Assembly: GCF_000014265.1 (NCBI RefSeq)
Contig: NC_008312.1
Location: 570,001 to 602,000 of the forward strand
Direction of reading: 5' to 3'
DNA from: Trichodesmium erythraeum IMS101
GTDB taxonomy: Bacteria; Cyanobacteriota; Cyanobacteriia; Cyanobacteriales; Microcoleaceae
Length of the DNA stretch: 32,000 bases
The number at the start of each line of letters is the position of its first letter. The first letter of the stretch is position 1. The position numbers and the translations under genes were made by a program. This document shows positions 27,397 through 32,000 of the stretch, one piece after another. The notes below the pieces were generated by a model. That model had not been told where the DNA came from, made no database searches, and saw nothing but the letters and a program-made list of their open reading frames with translations.

Positions 27397-27557
27397 TGAT
27401 ATACATCTACTAGAAAAATCAACTAAATTTAGTCAAAAATTGACCCTCAACTGCTCTTGTTTTTTAGGGAAAAATCAAGTATTATTAAGCTACTTTAAAA
27501 ATCAGAAAGTCTGGCAATTTTAAAAAAAACTAGTGTATCTAACAATAATTTTTTGTA

Positions 27558-28646
27558 ATGTTAAACGAACAGAAAACAACTAGAAATATTGATTCACTAT
27601 TTTGGCTAGAATGGCAAAAGCATCAAGAGTATCTCTACCGTTGCTGTGTCAAATGGATGGGAGGTAATTCTACAAATGCTGAGGATGCTTTAAGTATGGC
27701 CATGCTCAAGGCTAGGGAAAAAATACAACAGTCTTCCAGAAGAATTGAGAACTTAAAACCTTGGCTGGCTAAACTAACCTATAACCTTTGTATGGATCTA
27801 CTGAAGGAGTCTGCTCGATATAATCAAGGGGTTGAGGATCTAGACTTGGTTATTTCTGGCGCTGATGGGAGCACTCAAGGAGGAGATCCATTTTTTGTTG
27901 TTGCCTACGAAGAACTAAAAGATTTTTGTAACTTGGCCATTGATGATTTGCCAAAGAGACTACGAGAAACTTTTGTTCTCCTTTATCAGAAACAATTCTC
28001 TTCTCAAGAAATAGCTGCAGAGTTGAATATTTCTGACTCTAATGTCCGTAAGCGTATTTCCCGGGGGCGGGCTATTTTGGAAAAAAGGCGCCAGAAAGAG
28101 TACGAAAAACAAGAAGAAATAGTTATTGTGGAGAATCAAAAAATAGAAAGTTCCCAACCTCAAGAGTTGGATACAGAAATTGTTACTGCTGAGATACCCC
28201 AAGAGACTATTTTATCTGAAGAGAAAAGTGAGCCTATTTTAGTTGAGGCCACGGTTGAGGAGGAGTTACGGGAAATAGAGACTTTTGGCAATGGAGGACA
28301 GCAGCTCTTTGCTCTATCTGTATTGTTGAAATTACTTAGGGTAGAGAATAAAAAGCCCAAGGGTGAGAAACAACAAAAATGTGGTCTACTTAGTAGATGC
28401 ACAAATATAGGACTGGCATTGCTGAGGGGCAGGATGAATATAAGTGGAGTCCGCATCCTGCTAACCCAAAAATATAAGAAACGGCTCAAATGGCTCACCC
28501 ACAAAGTGATAGAGGCTCAACCACATTATTTATACAATTTTGGCAAGGGGGAACTAAAAGCTTTAGAAAAACAGTTGAATTGGTTAATAATGGAGAATTT
28601 CCTAGGGCCTTCAGCAGCAAAACTGGTATATAAAGACTGCTGCTAG
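27558..28646 (+). CDS. ECF-type sigma-70 family factor with a roughly 185-aa C-terminal extension
   Basis: Region 2 is YLYRCCVKWMGGNSTNAEDALSMAMLKAREKI...KPWLAKLTYNLCMDLLKE. Region 4 HTH is LPKRLRETFVLLYQKQFSSQEIAAELNISDSNVRKRISRGRAILEKR. An acidic linker and a basic, Leu-rich tail ending KDCC follow; neither has a recognisable TM segment or known domain. Confidence 0.75.
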   Translation: MLNEQKTTRNIDSLFWLEWQKHQEYLYRCCVKWMGGNSTNAEDALSMAMLKAREKIQQSSRRIENLKPWLAKLTYNLCMDLLKESARYNQGVEDLDLVISGADGSTQGGDPFFVVAYEELKDFCNLAIDDLPKRLRETFVLLYQKQFSSQEIAAELNISDSNVRKRISRGRAILEKRRQKEYEKQEEIVIVENQKIESSQPQELDTEIVTAEIPQETILSEEKSEPILVEATVEEELREIETFGNGGQQLFALSVLLKLLRVENKKPKGEKQQKCGLLSRCTNIGLALLRGRMNISGVRILLTQKYKKRLKWLTHKVIEAQPHYLYNFGKGELKALEKQLNWLIMENFLGPSAAKLVYKDCC

Positions 28647-28701
28647 TGGGCTTTTTCGCAGCTAAAGCCATTGTTGTTGAGCCACTCTTAAGTTCATAGT
28701 T

Positions 28702-29165
28702 GAGCGATCGCTATTTGTGGTCAAAAGCAGGCCTCTAGGATACCTTTGGCTAAAATTTATCAACGGTTTAATCACAGCTGCTAGTTGGTTTGGACTGCTG
28801 TTAGATTTATTGTGCTCATTTCCTAACTAGAAATGTAGAGCGATCGCTATTTGTGGTCAAAAGCAGGCCTCTAGGATACCTTTGGCTAAAATTTATCAAC
28901 GGTTTAATCACAGCTGGTAGTTGGTTTGGACTGCTGTTAGATTTATTGTGCTCATTTCCTAACTAGAAATGTAGAGCGATCGCTATTTGTGGTCAAAAGC
29001 AGGCCTCTAGGATACCTTTGGCTAAAATTTATCAACGGTTTAATCACAGCTGGTAGTTGGTTTGGACTGCTGTTAGATTTATTGTGCTCATTTCCTAACT
29101 AGAAATGTAGAGCGATCGCTATTTGCCATCAAAAGCTCGCTTACAGAATACCTTTGGCCTAATAT
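28702..29165. repeat. 136-bp tandem repeat, 3 full copies plus about 0.4 of a diverged copy, each starting with a HIP1 site
   Basis: Unit starts are at 28702, 28838, 28974 and 29110. Copies 2 and 3 are identical, copy 1 differs by 1 nt (GCTGCTAG versus GCTGGTAG), and copy 4 diverges after about 55 nt. There is no ORF. Each junction carries TTGACC-17 nt-TACATT on the minus strand (for example -35 at 28855..28860 and -10 at 28832..28837). Confidence 0.9.
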
Positions 29166-29352
29166 AGAGTCAAGGGAACTTTGCTATGGGAAAATAAGAC
29201 TTTCAGGTAAATGAGATTAAATCTATTCCCATTGGCACAGCATCTCGTCGGGAAAACGCTGAAGTTTCTTCTCTCTCAACTCTCAAAAAAAAAATTCACA
29301 ATTTCTTACCTAAAACAGTCATTAATATAGAGCAAGAAAATTTTTATCAAAA

Positions 29353-29778
29353 ATGGAGTTGAAAATAATGAAGAGTTCAATCATTTCTCGTTTTGTTGTA
29401 GTTAGTGGGCTAGTTGTTTGCAGTGCTTTGGGACTTGCTACTGTAGCTCGTGCTGGTGAAGGTGGTACTGCAGGTTCTGCAGCTTTTACCGTTGATAGTG
29501 ATGGTAAAGTTACAGGCGTAGCTGTGTCTGCTGCGGTAGGTAAGGAAAATGCTTCTTCTGCTGCTTTTAACTACGAGGCTGGTAGTGGTGTACAGAACTC
29601 TGCTTGGTCTTTAGGTACTGCTGGTACACAGGAGTTCACTGCTGTGGGTGATGCTAACGGTTTCAATGCTACATCTACTGAAGATAGCGCTCGGGGGACT
29701 GACATGACTAATACTTTTTCGGCTGACCCTTTTAGTGTAAACCTTGGTACTACTGACGGAAACTCTTTAGTTGACTAG
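29353..29778 (+). CDS. Small secreted Gly/Ala/Ser/Thr-rich protein (probable start at 29368)
   Basis: GGAG at 29355..29358 lies 9 nt before the second ATG (29368). The signal peptide is MKSSIISRFVVVSGLVVCSALGLATVARA|GEGG. The mature protein is about 110 aa, has no Cys, and has a strong preference for GGT/GCT/ACT codons. No family recognised. Confidence 0.7.
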   Translation: MELKIMKSSIISRFVVVSGLVVCSALGLATVARAGEGGTAGSAAFTVDSDGKVTGVAVSAAVGKENASSAAFNYEAGSGVQNSAWSLGTAGTQEFTAVGDANGFNATSTEDSARGTDMTNTFSADPFSVNLGTTDGNSLVD

Positions 29779-30304
29779 TAGACCTCTCGAAGATGAACCA
29801 GGAATAGAAGTGATTCTTTATAGAAAATAAAAAATTTATGTAAATGATCCTAGGTTTCTCGGAACGGTTCATCGGTTTCTCTTCGACTTCTACTCGACTA
29901 GGACAGGAATTACACGAAAAGACTAACCTGTAATGCAAATATCTGATAAAACTGCCAAGATGCACTATCAATGAGCCAGGATAGACTTACTTAAAGGAAT
30001 TAACGATTAACTTTAATGACCTTTTTGATGGTAACAGCGGCAAAGATATCCTCCAAGATACCGTTGCTGCCTATCTTATATAAGGTTTAGCTGAAGGCAG
30101 AAAGCAAAAGGAGCAAGGCTTGGAGCTATTTTTCTTGAAAACTACTGGTTTTCACAAATGATTTAGGATGGCTATATAACCGGATTATATCTAACAATGG
30201 AAAGCACTGTTGTATTTGTACTACAATAAGTGTCTTTGGGTAAGTCCTAATATTTCAATATCAGGCAAGCATTTATCTATTAACCTATTTCCTACAAAAA
30301 AACT

Positions 30305-32000
30305 ATGAAACTAAACACAAAAAGTATAGTAATAATAGATGCTAGTGTAGAGAACTACCAGCAATTATTAAACGGAGTCATTCCCGGAGTTAAACCTTTT
30401 CTCCTCGGCGGCGACACTGACGGTATCCAACAGATAGGGGATATCCTCCAAAAACATCCAGAAACGGATACTCTTCATATTATCTCCCACGGTTCTCCTG
30501 GTTGTCTGTATCTGGGAAATAGCCAATTGAGTTTGGATACTCTCAAAGGCTATGAGCCCCAACTACAACAATGGCAACTGGACAACCTTCTGCTCTATGG
30601 TTGTAACGTCGCTGCCGGGGATGGGGGAGAAGAGTTTATTGATAAGTTGCATCGGTTGACGGGGGCTGAGATAGCGGCTTCTAAGTCTTTGACTGGGGCG
30701 GCAGTTAAAGGGGGGAACTGGGAGTTGGAGGTGAGGACGGGCCAAACCAAACCCTCTCTGGCATTGCAAGTAGAAGCGATGGCTAGCTACTCTGATACTC
30801 TTGAACTGCAATTTGAATGGGCTAAACATATCGGCGGTCAAGGTTTGACCTATGTTTATCGCATAACCACAGATAGCATCGGCAATGTTTTGGTGGCGGG
30901 TGTTTTTGATGACAATATTGATATCGATGGCGACGGGAACAATGATTTTACCTCTAATAAGGATAGCAGCACCCGGGATGCTTATGTAGCCAAGTTCGAC
31001 AGCAATGGCAATTGGATCTGGGCTAAACAGATCGGCGGTAGGGGTTCTGAGGATATTAAAACGATAACCACAGACAGCAGCGGCAATGTCTTGGTGGCGG
31101 GTGGTTTTGGTGGCAACATTGATATCGACGGCGATGGAAACAATGATTTTTCCTCTAATAATGATTCCTCTAATAATGATGCTTTTGCGGCTAAGTTAGA
31201 CAGCAATGGCAATTTGGTCTGGGCTAAACAGATCGGCGGTAGCGTCACTACAGGTAACTATATTTCTGGCATAATCACAGACAGCAGTGGCAATGCCTTG
31301 GTGGCGGGTACTTTTAAGGGCAACATTGACATCGACGGCGATGGGAACAATGATTTTACCTCTAATAATGATGGCAGCAACGATTCTTATGTAGCTAAGT
31401 TTGACAGCAATGGCAATTTGGTCTGGGCTAAACGTATTGGCGGTAGCAATGGTAACTCTTCTGGTGCCATAACCATAGACAGCAGTGACAATGTCTTGGT
31501 GGCGGGTGGTTTTAAGGGCAACATTGATATCGACGATGATGGGAACAATAATTTTACCTCTAATGGGGAGGCGGATAGTTATGTAGCCAAGTTCGACAGC
31601 AATGGCAATTTTGTCTGGGCTAAACAGTTCGGCAGTATCCGTGCTGACTATATTAATAGCATAACCACAGACAGCAACGGCAATGTCTTGGTGGGGGGTC
31701 TTTTTAATAGCTACATTGACATCGACGGCGATGGGAACAATGATTTTACCTCAATTAGCGACATCGATGGTTATGTAGCCAAGTTAGACAGCAATGGCAA
31801 TTTGGTCTGGGCTAAACAGTTCGGCAGTAGCCTTGGTGGGGTTGTTAGGAGCCTGACCACAGACAGCAGCGGCAATGTCTTGGTGGTGGGTAATTTTAGT
31901 GGTGACGTTGACATCGACGGCGATGGGAACAATGATTTTACCTCTAATGGTAATGGTAACCATACTTTTACAGCCAAGTACGACAGCAATGGCAATTTGG
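30305..32000 (+). CDS. N-terminal part of a giant DUF4347-domain / SBBP beta-propeller-repeat protein; the ORF continues past the window end
   Basis: Absent from the ORF track because there is no stop in the window. From the ATG at 30305 it reads MKLNTKSIVIIDASVENYQQLLNGV...DTLHIISHGSPGCLYLGNSQLSL...LLLYGCNVAAGDGGEEFIDKLHRLTGAEIAASKSLTGAAVKGGNWELE, the DUF4347 pattern. At least six repeats of about 64-68 aa follow (ITTDSSGNVLVAGGF.GNIDIDGDGNNDFTSN...YVAKFDSNGNLVWAKQIGG), which is SBBP-like. No N-terminal signal peptide. Confidence 0.8.
   Translation, partial: MKLNTKSIVIIDASVENYQQLLNGVIPGVKPFLLGGDTDGIQQIGDILQKHPETDTLHIISHGSPGCLYLGNSQLSLDTLKGYEPQLQQWQLDNLLLYGCNVAAGDGGEEFIDKLHRLTGAEIAASKSLTGAAVKGGNWELEVRTGQTKPSLALQVEAMASYSDTLELQFEWAKHIGGQGLTYVYRITTDSIGNVLVAGVFDDNIDIDGDGNNDFTSNKDSSTRDAYVAKFDSNGNWIWAKQIGGRGSEDIKTITTDSSGNVLVAGGFGGNIDIDGDGNNDFSSNNDSSNNDAFAAKLDSNGNLVWAKQIGGSVTTGNYISGIITDSSGNALVAGTFKGNIDIDGDGNNDFTSNNDGSNDSYVAKFDSNGNLVWAKRIGGSNGNSSGAITIDSSDNVLVAGGFKGNIDIDDDGNNNFTSNGEADSYVAKFDSNGNFVWAKQFGSIRADYINSITTDSNGNVLVGGLFNSYIDIDGDGNNDFTSISDIDGYVAKLDSNGNLVWAKQFGSSLGGVVRSLTTDSSGNVLVVGNFSGDVDIDGDGNNDFTSNGNGNHTFTAKYDSNGNL

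Noticed and set aside
27960-28504. Minus-strand ORFs 27960..28202 and 28160..28504 inside the sigma-factor gene
   Set aside because: They are antisense to a CDS with clear sigma-70 region 2 and 4 motifs, and have no motifs of their own.
28702-29165. Possibility that the 136-bp tandem array is a CRISPR array
   Set aside because: The units are contiguous with no unique spacers, the unit length is far larger than CRISPR repeats, and no cas genes are present.
30368-31995. Four minus-strand ORFs (30368..30562, 30563..30841, 30982..31248, 31771..31995)
   Set aside because: They are antisense shadows of the open-ended plus-strand DUF4347/SBBP ORF, with repetitive L/P/S-rich translations that track the plus-strand repeats.
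1-32000. Mobile elements, integrases, toxin-antitoxin pairs, restriction-modification genes and rRNA genes
   Set aside because: I looked for transposase, integrase or recombinase motifs, terminal inverted repeats and rRNA-like conserved blocks on both strands and found none. The only repeat families are those listed as features.

Overview
AT-rich bacterial chromosomal segment that I attribute to a filamentous cyanobacterium. The support is ten copies of the HIP1 octamer GCGATCGC (537, 1330, 10813, 13381, 15367, 20267, 28704, 28840, 28976, 29112), a pyrF-pyrE fusion, and SLH, WD40, CHAT, DUF928 and CHASE2 proteins. Long non-coding spacers resemble low-coding-density taxa such as Trichodesmium, but that is inference only. 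Left part (1-13.7 kb): housekeeping genes, namely an EamA transporter, tRNA-Glu(UUC), an SLH lipoprotein, a DUF4231/SLATT-like membrane protein, a frameshifted coaX, a secreted triple-repeat protein, pyrF-pyrE and miaB. These are separated by 0.8-1.6 kb AT-rich spacers, and from my listed coordinates only about 58% of this part is coding. Right part (13.7-28.6 kb, about 90% coding): the main result is two convergent, tightly packed operons. On the plus strand are a TpsB (ShlB/FhaC) outer-membrane transporter, a TpsA filamentous-haemagglutinin-like exoprotein with seven 192-bp tandem repeats, and a signal-peptide-bearing TPR-CHAT (caspase-fold) protease. On the minus strand are an HTH-WD40 protein, a 130-aa unknown protein, a C14 caspase fused N-terminally to a CHASE2 transmembrane sensor (with a decayed 183-bp tandem duplication of its 5' end), and an exported DUF928 protein. 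Next to these lie a phased array of six TTCAGT hexamers at exact 11-bp spacing, an ECF-type sigma factor with a roughly 185-aa C-terminal extension, a 3.4-copy 136-bp tandem repeat carrying promoter-like motifs, a small secreted Gly/Ala-rich protein, and the start of a giant DUF4347/SBBP-repeat protein that runs off the window and is absent from the ORF track. I propose the 13.7-28.6 kb block as an uncharacterised envelope-spanning proteolytic signalling or cell-fate system. All family assignments are from reading motifs by eye; no searches were run. No rRNA, CRISPR array, transposase or integrase was found.
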